DNA from: Sphagnum compactum | Taxonomy: Eukaryota | Assembly: GCA_965153455.1 (NCBI GenBank) | Contig: OZ234493.1 | Span: forward strand, 24,170,213-24,234,212 | Length of the DNA: 64,000 nucleotides | Reading direction: 5' to 3' | In this document: positions 37,151-51,100 of the stretch, piece after piece | Position numbering within the stretch: position 1 is the stretch's first letter | Layout: every line of letters begins with the position of its first letter | The notes under the pieces: generated by a model | What the model saw: the letters and a program-made list of their open reading frames with translations, nothing else | Databases searched by the model: none | Told to the model about the DNA's origin: nothing | Program-made: the position numbers and the translations under genes

Positions 37151-38339
37151 TATTTAATATTTAAATAATAACCAACTAACCAGTTTTTTTTTCGCAAAAT
37201 TTCGCAACCTGGTGACATAAAAAAGGCCTTTGAGAATTGGCCTAAGGGAATTCGATTGTTAGATTGGAGGCAGTTGCCAAGATGCAGTAGGCTATAATCG
37301 GGTGCCAATAGAATATTACTAGTGGCGCCACCTGGGTTGACCACCCTACATCATTGGATGCCACAACCCTCCCCACTATGGGCCCCTTCTCACATCTCAC
37401 TTCATTTAGAATTCACAACATTCACAAATAGTTGTGTGCACATTGAAATTAAGATCATCGCCAATAATAAATGCTGATCTTTCTTGGTAACACGTTTAGT
37501 AGGATGGGTTTTGTTAAATTTTGGAGGCTAGAAGCATAGAATGGTGAAGGAGTGAATGGAAAATTGGCGTTGTACTTTTGGGTGAGTGCATTCAAAGAAG
37601 ATCAAAGTACAAAATTGATATGCTTCTAATGGTGAAAGAAGATGAAACCAAAAGACATTGTATTTTTGTGTGAAGTTCATTTCAATAAAATCATGATATA
37701 AATGTTCCTTTTGAATCATTTGATTTGGTTTAAGTGTTCTTTGGTTAGGATTGGATGTCAGGCTAGTTGTAAATGCAAATCTTTTGAAGGAGGAGCTTAG
37801 GAACGATGCAAACACATGGCACCTTGCTCAAGGGATTTAGGATGACCAGATCGAATGCGAAAAAGGTACACAAGTTCTCAACTAAAAAACACGTTGAACA
37901 TTCAAATGTTTTTTTGTTTTTTGTAATTGTGCAAGGTTTGAAGGCCATCAAAATCTTGAAAGCTATAGGGTAAATAGGGTTCAAACTTAGCTTGCTAAAA
38001 ATGTTTCGTTGAGTTCGTGTTTTTTGCTCAAATGTCGAATAGCCTCTCTTTTTGTTTCTTGCTTAAAGGTTCATTGTGAAAGTTTTACAACACATCCAAG
38101 GTCATTAATTTTTTTACCTTTGTCAAATTTGCAATCACTGTTGTGGTATGTGTCTCTTTGGTCATGAGAGGTTCACAATGCATTTGACCGTATTTTCTCA
38201 TCAAAATTTCCATTACATTTGTGGTCTGCAAACATCGATTTTGATCATGAAAGGTCTATAATGCATCCAAAGTCACTATTGTGTTTCCCTATCAAATTTG
38301 GCATCATGTAAAATGTCTTTGATTGTGAGCAAGTGCAGA

Positions 38340-38705
38340 AACGGTCAAACCTACAAAATCGATCAACCTTCTAATTAATCTTCTCAAAGATCTTAGTTTG
38401 TCATTAAACATCCTTGATCATCAGTAAGTGCAAAGTTGGTCAAACTTGTAAAATCGATTGATCTTCTAGTTCGTTTTTTTGAATCCTAGTTTGTCGTCGA
38501 ACGTTTTTAATTATGAGTTAGTGTAGAGTTAGTCAAATTTGTAGAATTGGTTGATCTTCCAATTGTTTTTTTCTAAATCCGAATTTATCGTCAAGCATCC
38601 TTGATCTTGAACAACTACAAAGTTGATCAAACTTGTAAAATTGGTTGATCTTCCAATTAGTCTTTTCAAATCCCAGTCTATCATTGAAAGCCTCATCAAA
38701 CATTT
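38340..38705. repeat. degenerate ~90-100-bp tandem repeat (~4 copies)
   Basis: Recurrent GTCAAACTTGTAAAATCGATTGATCTTC(C/T)AATT...ATCCTAGTTT motif at ~38345, 38440, 38532 and 38626. Confidence 0.75.
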
Positions 38706-38984
38706 TCCCAATTCTTGTATTATTGTTTATTGTGGCAATGGTGCCCTTGAAACCTCCATTGAACTTCAAGTTTTGTCTTTTTTTTCAACCTCTGTAGTAC
38801 CTAATTATGCAACAAACCACACACCGAATGAATCACCTAACATTTATATTGGTTTAGCTCCTAACTCACTATCACCTACATCTCTTGCTGTAATCAAGGG
38901 TAAGAGTTTGTTGGTTTCCGAATCTACACTTGCATTTGAATCTATAGATCATATGTCAAACCTTTGAAGTAATGAACCAAAGAA

Positions 38985-39075
38985 TAAAAAGCCAAAAAAA
39001 TTTGAATGGGAAATAAATATAGTTTTTCAAGATTGATGGGCAATTAGGTTCCCCAGGTTTGAGCTAATATGTGGA
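38985..39075 (+). pseudogene. short relic resembling the N-terminal (TTF-type zinc finger) region of a hAT transposase
   Basis: KKPKKFEWEINIVFQD*WAIRFPRFELIC resembles the R.FQ..W...(L/F)PW motif. Confidence 0.35.
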
Positions 39076-39224
39076 GTTTTGTTGTGCTCATATATTAATT
39101 TTTCACTTCTATACGTTTCCACTTTCTGTGGTAGTCTCTAAAATAAGAAATACCTTTTGCCATAAGATGGTAGCTACCATTGGTAGACATGAGATTTGAG
39201 GTCTATAAGGAAGGCAACGTTGTT

Positions 39225-39600
39225 TTAAATGGTAGGCAATAACCACAAAGGGTTTGAAGGCAATATAGATAGTAGGCAACAACCACAAAGGATTTGAAAT
39301 TGTTGTAGATGGTAGGCAATAACCACAAAGGATTAGAAGGCATTATAGATAGTAGGCAACAGCCACAAAGGATTTGAAATTGTTGTAGATGGTAGGCAAT
39401 AACCACAAAGGGTTTGAAGGCATTATAGATAGTAGGCAACAGCCACAAAGGATTTGAAATTGTTGTAGATGGTAGGCAATAACCACAAAGGATCTCCAAG
39501 CATTACAAACAGTAGGCAACATTCACAAAGGGTTTGTAGGCATTGTAGATGATAGGAAGTAGCCACAAAGGATTTGTAGGCACTATAGATGGTAGGCAAC
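39225..39600. repeat. 40-bp minisatellite (~10 units) with alternating A/B monomers
   Basis: (G/A)GTAGGCAA recurs at 39231, 39271, 39311, 39351, 39391, 39431, 39471, 39511, 39551 (degenerate) and 39591. Confidence 0.95.
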
Positions 39601-40079
39601 AATTGTACGAGGTCTAAAAGTGGTTATGGGTCTTTTTCAAGTCTATAAAGGACAGTAGTTTGCTATAGGACGGTAGTTATAACATGATCTTAAGCAAAGA
39701 AAAAGTAGTCCTTACCTTCAAGTCTTTCCATTTTTCTTATTATTTTTTTCTAATCCAACAACCATTTGCATGTTAGTAATTAAGTTGCCACATCCCGCAA
39801 TTTTACACATACAACAATAAAGAAAAATGGGGAAAAAATTAGGGATTATTTTTGGTGTGACATCATGAACTTCATAATAAAAAAGCTATCCATGATGTTT
39901 AAAATAAACTAAGCAGAAAAAATACATTTACATAAATGTATAATAGTTTAGTATATGAAAAATTTATAATTTATAATTTTACATACATCTTGGAGTTTGC
40001 ATGCATGAACATTTTGACCTAATCACTAACCCATACAAATATAAATGTGAAACTTACCAAGATTATATACATGCATTTC

Positions 40080-40820
40080 AAGAAATTATGATGAGTGCAT
40101 AATGCGACTCATGAATAATGGATGTAACACATTCAAAATGAATGATTCAACTCCAATGCAATTATTGTTAATAGTTCAAGAAATGTGAAAAAACTCACTA
40201 GTATGTTGTTGTGTGTGTTTCAATATATACTAATAAATGTAATATGCAACATTTGAGTAATGGTTTCAATTAGTCCAAAGTGAATGATTCAACTCATGTA
40301 CACATGTTGACAATTGAAAAGATGTGAAAAAAAACATTAATTCATTCCAATATAATTGCAAAACATTAAATTGCATGTGTTTTAATATATTTTGATAAGT
40401 TCAAGATGCAACCTTTGAATAATAGTTTTAACATATTAAAAGTGAATAGTTCAACTCATGTACACATGTTGACAATTGAAAAGATGTGAAAAAAATCACT
40501 AATTCATTCCAATATAATTGCAAATCACTTAATTGCTTGTGTTTTAATATATTTTAATAAGTGCAAGATGAAAAATTTGAGTAATAATTATAGTATATTG
40601 AAAGTGAATAATTCAACTCATGTACACATGTTGACAATTCAAAAAATGTGAAAAAATCATTAACTCATTCTAGTATAAATGTGAGGTCTTAAATTGTTAC
40701 ATTTCTTTTAATAAATAATGATAAGTGTAAAATGCAACCCATGAACCATGGTTTCGAAATATTAAAAGTGAATGTCTCAAATCATGTACCACATTGACAA
40801 TTGAAAAGATGCCAAAAAAA
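40080..40820. repeat. ~161-163-bp AT-rich satellite-like tandem array (~4-5 units)
   Basis: AAAGTGAAT..TTCAACTCATGTACACATGTTGACAATT starts at ~40278, 40439, 40601 and 40765, with a degenerate copy at ~40135. Confidence 0.9.
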
Positions 40821-41149
40821 CACTGACCATGCATTATAGTGCATTGTGTAGATAAAGTTAAAGGCTACCTCAATTTCCATTTCAAAAATAGGGTTCAAAT
40901 GATACTCATAATTGAACATAATGAATTTTACAACTATAAACAATATTGACCATTAATTAATGCAATAAGAGATTTGCAAACTTAAGAAGACCATATGTGG
41001 TTAAAATGTAATCAAATCGAATAGTACAGTTGCAATGTGTGGGGGTGGAAAAAGGACAAGATTTCTTCTCATGATAGAATGAAATGTTTATCCCCTTTTG
41101 CTACTAAAAAATGCAACAAAAATTAACTCCATGGCCTTTGACAAATCAT

Positions 41150-43000
41150 ATCTTCTTTGAACATATTAAAGTTTTAATAAACTCATTTTCTAAAACAACC
41201 CCATCTTCATTGGTGAAGTAATCATCAATGGATTTGCATTCATTTGAACAAATAGCCTAGGATAATCTTGCTAACTCTTCATATTAAAACCAGCTTGTTG
41301 AAATTTTCAATACCAAGTTGACAACAACACAAATGTATGATGACCCCAATCATATTGAAAATTCTTTTAATTTTAATTTATGAACCCATAATGCCAACAC
41401 TTGTCATGTAAAAGAATTGATCTTTGGGAATTGATGTTCATGATCTACCAACCAACTCAAGGAACTAAAAACTTTACTTGGCACTACAATTTGTCTACAT
41501 AAAATGACAATTAAAAGCCCCATGGTGTCTTCCTCCATTGAAATTAGAAATCCAAAAACCTCAATTCAAACAAACCAAAATCCAAAGGTTCAACAATGAA
41601 CGGGGGTTGTTGTTAATTAATGTAGATACTTTTCAATATTCATATCAAAATTTTGTGGTCATCTTTTGTCATAATTTGCATTGCCACTTCAAGTCCCACA
41701 TAATTTTGAAATAGTTGTAAAATTAAAAATTAAAGGCCAACATGTTAAGTGCATTGCAAAGCTAAAATGAAGAATATGAAAAAACCATAAATGATTTTTT
41801 AACACATTCATAACCTCATACCTCATGTAATGGCCCAAATTTAGCAACTTATAATCAAAGTTCGCAACTTACAAGCAACAAAATCCATAAATTAAACCAA
41901 ATCAATTATAGAAATTCAATTAACAAAATCATTATCACAAAATTCACCAAACATATATGAAACCACATACCAACACTAAATCATTCATTCTAAAACTTTT
42001 TTTTCCCATCAGACAACACATGGCTATGGTGGTAGCAACTACATAAGATAATAACCAATACCTTTGAGATTGAGTCAACACACATTGTGTGACCATCAAG
42101 GTAAGAACATCATTGATTTTCTTTACCACAACTCCACATCTACAAACTAGGAATTGTGTTTTGCAAGGCAAATGGTTGCCTTGAATAATACAAATTGATG
42201 GCATTTTAAAACTCCAAGGTCTCTTTGAAAATAATAACTTTGGACACAAAGTTAAAAACCTAGACTCTTTGCTCTTTTTATCTAAAGACCCATATTTTTT
42301 CATAATCATTCTTTAGTTTCTTAGAGGACAAAAAGATGCATTTTAGCAAATTCTTTATTGGACACCCTTCCCTTTTCTCTTTCTTTTGTCCATGTAATAA
42401 TTTTTTACAGATATTATTGTCCATCTTTGATTGAAACCACCTTCATGAAAAAAACAAACTTTCATATTATTAGTAGCATATTAACAACACTTGGACATAA
42501 CACGCAACAATTGTGAGCATGTATAGTTGTGATAATATTTGCAAAACGTATGACAAAATTAATGCTTGTCAGGCATTTGCAAGACTGTTCAAGTAAGTCC
42601 TTTCATCCTTCACATTAACTATGAACTTGTCACATAAGTGAAAGTGGATTTGAAAATCCTTCAATTTCAAAGTCATGGCAACTCCTAGTGTTTCATGAAC
42701 CTCAAATATCCCCATAGTAATGTGACAAGGAACTCACTTTTTGTTGATGTAATTGACCACCAAAACAAATGTGTCAAATCCTCCTTATGAAATCTAAATA
42801 GCAAATGTGATAGTAGTTGTGATGGCTTTAGCAAAAGCATAAAGAACATGCCATTCCATGGTCTTGTTGACCATGTTAATTATTACTTCATTATAGAGTT
42901 GCCACTTATTTGGAAATATGATCCTTCTATTTTGTTGAAGGATAATTAGTCTCTTAAGCTAAATGTTTTTGATGGAACTCAATGGCCCTTTTGGTGATAT
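41150..43000 (-). pseudogene. decayed hAT-family transposase (with C-terminal dimerisation domain)
   Basis: FDTFVLVVNYINKK*VPCHIT; VTQCVLTQSQRYWLLS; SWLVDHEHQFPKINSFT*QV-GIMGS*IKIKRIFNMIGV (a degenerate WW...FP.L...A...L.IP.S....ER.FS motif); then CCQLGIENF. Confidence 0.7.
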
Positions 43001-45149
43001 ACATACATAAATCCTTCAAGACTCGATCTTATGAAATGTCGATTCTTTTGTATGGGACTTTAGAATTAAAAAATTTAACAATGGAATGGGTTCTTGAATT
43101 TTTTTCACTTCTTGAAAGACTCTTGGGGAAGTCACTTCCATTTTTTTTTCCAAACAACATGCAAACAAATATAAAATCCAACTAGTTTATTAAAAAGTAA
43201 AAAATAATAATTTTCTTAAATGTTAATAAGATGCCTATCTATGATTCATTATGAAAATATACATAGAATACATTTAAATTTTCTCCATTTAATTTATTTT
43301 TTCAATATTCCATTATTTCATAACATACCAAAAAAAAACCTTTTATTTTAGGTGTTTCTAACCCCCTCTCTCCCCCAGGAAGATTGTTAAACATTAGGTG
43401 AAACATTAGTAATAGCAAGTTGTCTCTGGGTCTTGTATAGGTTCAAAAGGGCAACGTCCTTCGTAGAGACATACATGCATTCATGGCTATTATTCCATGC
43501 TCTTTATTATATATGATGACGCCTTTGGGATGGTAGGTATTACTTTGTTTAACCTCTTCTTGGTGGACATTATGGTAAACAACACATTGCATCTATTGAG
43601 ACTTTAATGAATCCACAAAGGTAGAAAGAAAAATTGATTGAAAAAAATGCATGTCTACTTGTCATTATGTGCCATATTAGAAACTAGAACTATGAGCTAA
43701 AGGAGAGGTTTGTATTGCACATGCTTCAACTTACAAAATCTCTTCCTTGTAGACCTTTCCTTCAACATTTAGTTCACCAAAGGATTTAAAATGAAAATTT
43801 TAACTTCACCAACATGAGCATTGATTAACACATGTGAGGCTTTGCAATTATGTTCCCTTCAAACCACAAACCCATTCACCTGCCATCATAACAATAAAAA
43901 ACAAAAACACTTGACCTAAACACCTTAAACCAATAGTGAAACTCGAGAATGCTAACCAAGTTTAAGAAACTCAAGAATGTTGACAAAGTTCAGGAAATTG
44001 ATGCAGCAAAATGAACATATGAATAAAGCACATAACTTGAAGATGAGAGAAAAACAAAGTAAAGCAAAAAACGAAGAAGAAGAATGCAAAATTTACTTGA
44101 ACTTGTAAAACTCCTCCATGCTTGTGAATCACTTGGAAACATCATTGCAAAGCAAAGAAATTTGACTATTTGGTCAAATTCACAATTACATTGCATGCCA
44201 TTGATGCTTTAAGTGTTTCTTGATTGCACCATTAATTCCAAGATATATTTTCTATCATTTTTCTACATGTTCACAACTCCTCTATCCTATATATAGAGGG
44301 TAAACACACCCATGACTAAGCACAAGTCAATAACCAAACACATCCATATAATCCTCATTTCTTGTTTTGGTTTATAATGCACCGCACAAGGGTCTAAAAT
44401 ACAACTTTGAATTCTAGAAGCAATTGAGCAACAAATAAAAAGTAGGAAGAGAATGAACATGCCTCAAGAATAAAATGTTTGAAAAAATATGCAATTGAAA
44501 CTCCCAACTTTCAAACCCCCTATCTTTTTCATTTCTTGTCCTTTTTTAGAGATTTAAAATGGTGTGGGCGCATCAACTTGATCTTTACAATCCCTTTTTG
44601 AATTATAGAAGCAACAAAGTTATGTCCAAAAATCTTAAGCTCCAAATGCTTACAGTGCTAAACCGAACATTTATTGCTCCAAATTAAACATCACTTCCAA
44701 ACCCCATATTTTCCTCATATTTTTGCCAAGTTTGAATGATTTTCATGGCGATGGGTGTGCCAAATGGTGGTCCACAATATCTCGTTGAACTCCATAGGTG
44801 ACCAAACTATGTCCAAGGAGTTTAAGCTCTCAAGAACTAAAGTGTTTGAACATTAGCCTATCTATCCTAACCTTTAAAACCTAAACACCCTAATCTACAT
44901 GCCCTAACCATGTAAAAATCCAAGAATGAATCCAAACATATGTAAATCATGAGGCATAGGAGGGGGAAGGTTCTTAGGCCTATTTGAATTCCCAAGAGTG
45001 TGAGGCGCCGTACAATCTCTTGCATTCTTGAGGTGTAGGCATAATAAGAATCGTCCTCTTTCTATGGGGGATATTCACAAATATAGGTGCCCTTCAAATA
45101 GGCTAAGAAATTTCTCCGAGTGCTTTAAAATTATGTTAGACATCTAGAG

Positions 45150-48100
45150 AGACAAATAATGATCTATATCGAGCATGACCTTTTGAGTAGAATAAACACC
45201 TTCAGAGATGGAGGATGACACGTAGACCCCAACTTTCCTTCCATTAGTAGCTCCCATAGACCTATAAACATGATGTCGGCAACTCCTTCTTTCACAGTGC
45301 ACACATCCTTGCATCTCCATACAGGCAAAACTGGAGGAAATATATAACACAATCCAAATTGTCCCATAAAACCTGGCCCACCTATATGGGAAGTTGGGTT
45401 GTGTTACCTCAAGTGCTCTTTCTTCAAAGAAACAAATATTCGTCCTGTTTGACATGTCATGGTGGTAAGCAGTTGTGGCACTTTGAATGAACAAGACCTC
45501 CGCACAAGAAGGTTGGTCCACAAGATGTAGCATGAATGAAAAGATCTTGACCACAACAGTTTGTAGTTTGCAAATAGTCAGTACAGTCCAGCATTCTGGT
45601 TACATGATCTTCTTCTTCCTTTCAGGTTGCAGCACTGGCACCCGCAAAGTTCAAGACTGGCGGTTTTTTTAACCTCTTGGGAGTGTCTGCATGCAGAATG
45701 AGTTTTGCTGTCACTGTGGAAGCATGGAGCTGTTGGGGAGCTGATAAGATAGCACAATTGATCAAAGATCTCTCAACCCATTTGTTTGGGGGAAGCTGAA
45801 TAACTGTACTGAACTATCAAAATCCAGGAAAAACCCCTTGCACACACTACGACTTAGAAGGTAGGCTGTCAACAAAAACCCCAAACAGCCAAAAACTAAT
45901 GTCTTGTTGCTCATGTTTTGAGCATATAGAATTAAATTGATTTCAGAAGTGCCACCTTGACTCCAAACTGTAGTACCTTGGCAGCTTCAAGCCTAATTAA
46001 ATTATATGTAGAGATGTTGAAATTTTCACAAAATAGTTTTTTCCGAAGAAATCTTTGTGTAAGGAAAAACAGCGAATCTATGAGAATATTCAGGTATATC
46101 CAGTTTTGGACATGGAATCTTCAATTTTAATTAATTATTGGACATACATGTGTTGAAGCTGCCCTTTGAGGCTTGTACTATGGTATAGGACTGAAAACGG
46201 GAGTTATCAGCTGAGAGTTTTTCTTTGAAGGGCAGGCCATGATTTTTTCTGAACAAAAAAGGGGCCTGTAAAACCGACGGGGAGTCGACGGGCCTACAAA
46301 GACAGATGACTTTATGCCATGAGTTGGGGTTTACTTCACATGCACTACACATGAAAAAAGGTTGCAAGTTCAGATTTTCAGTTATCAGTGTAAAAAGTCA
46401 AGTTTTTCTTTGTCTAACACTGTGTTCTACTTTCACAGACTCCATTTCAGGGATTTGCATATCCTTCAAATGAGATCGGACGTGAAAGGACTTTAAGAAT
46501 CAGGATTAGTTGACAACTTGGCAAGTTGCTGCTGCTGCAAGTTCCTGGATGCATTTTCTAGCAGGATCTAGGCAGAAGAACATGTTCTTTTTGCCATGAT
46601 TTCCAAAGGAACAATTGGGAAATCTGACTTTCCTGGAGCCAAGAAGTTTATCCAAGAAGAGTAGGGGGAACAATATGTTTGTTTATGTCTGTCTGGGAAA
46701 AATTCTCAGAAACTATTATAGAACTTTTTCTAACGGGTGGCCAGTGTGGTTTGGTTCTCTCTTGTTCACAAAAAAAAAAGAATAGACAGGTCACAGTATG
46801 GTATATGGACCCTTGACCAGTGGTTCCAAAGAACTGGTTTTGATACAGACTCGCACATGTCGCAAAAAATGGAAGAACCCATATAAGAACCTACCCTGAA
46901 CTGTCATTTCTTTGCCACTTATTGCAGGAAACCCACTGGTTATTTGAGATTTTTCAAAAACCCTGGACTGAAGAAGGTTATCTTTTTCTAATTCTTTGAA
47001 AAAAAGCCCCCAGAAACCAAGGATTTGTTTCATGGTTCCTAGCTTTTGTTTTTTGGAAAATTTTGGAAAACTGTAACCACTAGAGGTTGCAACAAAATCA
47101 AAGAACCACCCAACACCGTTTGGTGACTCCCAGGTCTTTGAGTTCAAATTTAACAGTTCCAATTTACCCATAGCCTAAGAGGCCTTACTCCAGAAGGTGA
47201 AGGCACCAGTGTGCAGCCTGGCCAGTTGCCAGGTGCATGTGTGGTTTCCCATCTCCTCCTATGGGTCCAAAGATAGAAACAGCCCAGAGGAACTACGTTA
47301 CCTGGCTGGAAAACTCCAGTCAATTATATGAGTTTACATCTGTGCCAGGGAGAGAAGCAACTGGGTAAATGTTTATGTCTGTCTGCCATTGTAAAGCCTA
47401 CATTTGAGGTTGGCAGAATCAGTGGGTAGCTAAGAAAAACTTTCTGTTATGTTTTTGCCTGAAAGAAATAGGAAAAGCACAGCAATTGTTTAAATCCACT
47501 TGCAAGATTGCATGGACCAAAATCCCATCTAGGTGCACAGAATGACTGCATATTGAGAAAAATCAAATCACCAACATAAGCAATGCTTTGAGTCCACTTG
47601 CAAAGCTGCAATTGGAAGGAAACAACCATGGATGGGCCCATGCCATTTTATTGGCTTGAAGCTTGAGGCCCATGTTAGGCAAAGGCAATTTTCTGTAAGT
47701 GGGTTCAGTCACTGGACAAATACAACAAGACAAATCCCACTAGCACACCAGCCATGAGAATTCCTACATGCAATTTTTTATGAACGTCCAGCTATCCATT
47801 GCACACTACCCAACTCTCCACTTGGAAGTGGGACTCCGCATTTCCCGGACTTCCAAGCTTGACTCCCCCCAATTTAGAAAGGTGAATATAATCTGATATT
47901 AGAGTTATCCATAAAGTCATGCCCTGTTGGGCCCGAGTTGCACCCTCATTTGATGCTTCATCCCCTCCTGGCTGTTGTTCGCAAAGTCATGAAATCTTAT
48001 GAAATAAGGGTATGAAATACTGAGACTTAGGAGGATTAAATGCACCAAGCTCGAGAACATTTATAACTACAGTACACATAGCAGCAGCAGTGATTGGTTG

Positions 48101-51100
48101 AAGGTGTTCACAGTTTGCCCTGAGTTTGGACAGGGCAAACTCAGTTTAGCACAAAATTTGCTGCTAAACTGAGTTTCATACCCGTTGGAACTCAGTGTAC
48201 TTTTTTTCCCTGTTTTTTGAAATCTCATCCCCTATGTGACCAAACAGGGGGTTCCGGTGCTGTCCTTTCCTGACTTTACGGATAACTTTAATAACTAAGT
48301 ACTTTTTTCACTATTCAGATACAAGTCCATCTATCCTTAGAATCTTCATACTTCGCATGTCAGAGAATTTCCAGACGATGACACAATTAGGGGAGAAGGT
48401 TGGGGGCAAACATCTTGGGTGAACCAGTCCGTATCCACACTCGTACAGCCCATCCATCCACACCCCCAATTTGGGCCTCTACAAGTTCAATGTTGAGTCT
48501 TAATTCTTAAAGGGAACATAGTGGGAACACATAGGGAACATGAGAAAAATGCAAAAAAATCCGCCCACTGCAGACTTCTAAAGTGGTACAAGGTCTTGTC
48601 ATTCAAAATTATCATTTTTTGTCTCTTGATTTATTTAACTGTAGATTTGTGTTTAGTTCAAGGACTTAATGCATTGAAAACATCTCCTTGGCCCTTCTTT
48701 CTCAAACCCTCACTCGTTGTGGTTTATGAGTGTTGTCAAACTGAGAGTTGAACTCAGCCCAACACTTAAACTCACAACCCAAGCTGTCGTGGGAGCTGCC
48801 ACGCAATGGCTCAAACTTGGGCCCCAACTATGTGACTCCTCTCACTTGAAGGTCCACCTAGAAGGGCATGTCAGTTACCCTGTGGTTTGGTTGGTGCTTC
48901 CCATAATGGATCAAAGTCTATCTTAAAGCAATAACTTGCAAATTGTAGGGTGATGGGGGTGAGACTATTTTAGTGCTTTTCCTTTTAAAAGGAAGATCTC
49001 ACTTGTGGAAATTTGTGATTCTTTCCCCCAACTGAGTTTCCAATGACAAAAAACTAAGCAAGATTCTATATCTCTTGCAACTTAGATGTAGAAATTGCCA
49101 AATCACTTTCATTAAATCCTACTCATTAACAGCTTTCCAACAATACTAAAAGGCACCATGGTTTGGGAGATCTCAACCTGAGAAACAAAACAAACAAACT
49201 ACCTTCCTTATTAAGATAGATGAAGGGTGTTCTCAAGTTCTTGGTTTTTTTGGTTGCAACCATCACAAAAGAAAAAACTGGAACTTTGGAGGCTCCCCAA
49301 AATAAAAGTTTGTTGTTGGAGGATAGAGTGCCTCCCCATTGGCCTAGCCTATATAGGTGAGAAAAGGGAGAACTATTGGGCAAAGCATAGGGCATAAAAG
49401 CGTGGTGCTATTAGAAACATATTGGGGAACCCCTTGGGAACTTGGAGAACCCCTTGGGAACTTCATGGAAACACCCCCCCAAAAAAAAAAAAAAAAAAAA
49501 GCTTGCATGGAAAGTCAACAAGTGAAAAGTAAACAGTGGACAGTCCACTCTTCACATCAAACACAACTTGAAAAACAAAACCTCTCCCCCTCCCCCCACC
49601 AAAGAAAAAAATGGGAGACACCTTCGCTTCATGACACAACTTCTCATTTGGTTGCATGGAAATTCTATTCATAAAATTGGCTGCGACCTAACTGACATGA
49701 CTCCTAAGTGAGTCAGTTAAATGGAGCAGGGTATAATGCAAGATATGATCAAAACAAGCTGCGACTGAAGAGGCAGTTAGTCAGCTGACACGCAACAAGA
49801 AAAACAAGTCATGCCAGGTGGGAGTACTAATATCCAATACTTTCTAGGAATAGATATTTGTGTTTCAAAACCAACATTTCTGGTGTGATGGGTGCACTGC
49901 AAACATGGCAAAATACTTCCTGCTGTAAGCTCCTTCAAAGCAGTTTGGCAGATCATGTCAAATCTGTCTGTCCGCACCCCCACCCCCAAGGAAGACAATC
50001 GGCACTATGGAAAGTCTCACCCTTGAGGTGATGCTTCAGTGGTATAGCTGCTGCTGGGACCCTGGGACCTCAAGGAAGGTTCTGGTGTAGCCTAAAAAGG
50101 AGAACTAGAAACAGACAGGAGTTTATGAAATTCACAATTTCAACACAGGACAGTATGCATGATTTTATTGAGTAACAGTTCCTGTTGCCAACAGAGGAGA
50201 TGGCAGCAGAGGAGTAGATTTGAAGAAAAGAGTCTCATAAACATAACATTTCCTATTGGTTCATACTTAGATCAGGTCACTCTGAATCCACTCTTTGGAT
50301 CTTTCATGATTTTCTTTGTGGCATCTCCTGTTATTCCGTAGGATTATCTGGAAGTCGTGTGAGCGGGATGAGATCTACATGGGATTGCTGGAGTTGGAAA
50401 GCTCTGCGTAGGATCATTTAGCGCGTGAACTGCTTTATTCGATAAGAATTGAGTTGAAAATAGATGAGTCAAAAATTAATTATCAAAGTTTAGGAGAACG
50501 AACTTTGATGATGGTCGCCCCACTCTAAGAGGGAAGACACCTAGGATTACACCTGCATGAATTTGGGATATGTGACGTCTACAACATGAGTACTTCTATT
50601 ACACAAGAAGGAAAAGGGAAAACCTGCATCTGAAAAAACACAAACTCCACGGCAACGAACAGGTCAACCAAGGCCCTACAAATCATTAAATACTTAGAAA
50701 GAACTTTTAATGAAAATCGCAACCTGTCTATGAGAAAGGGTTACAATTTATACAGTCCTAGTAGAACCATCACAAGAACTTACGAAGGAAACTTCGTTGG
50801 TTTGACGATGGATAGAACTGAAAATCTCATTCCCAAACCTTCTAACCGCAAGTCCCACCATGAATCATATGGACAAAACCATAAATTCCCCGATGTGTTA
50901 TCCACATCTTAAAAGCTTGGACAAATGAAACAATCTTGTTGAAAAACCTGAATTTGAAATATGCACCCTATCAGCCCACCAAGATACCCAAGACGACAAA
51001 ATTCACCCAAAGTGCAGGTTAGACTGGGTTCAAACCCACTTGTGTACAGGTGAAAGCCCTGCTGGCCCTCGGCTTGACTTAGGGGTGCTAACAGTTTATT

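Noticed and set aside
39225-39600. Regularly spaced repeats resembling a CRISPR array
   Set aside because: The units are contiguous tandem copies without unique spacers, there are no cas genes, and the context is eukaryotic.
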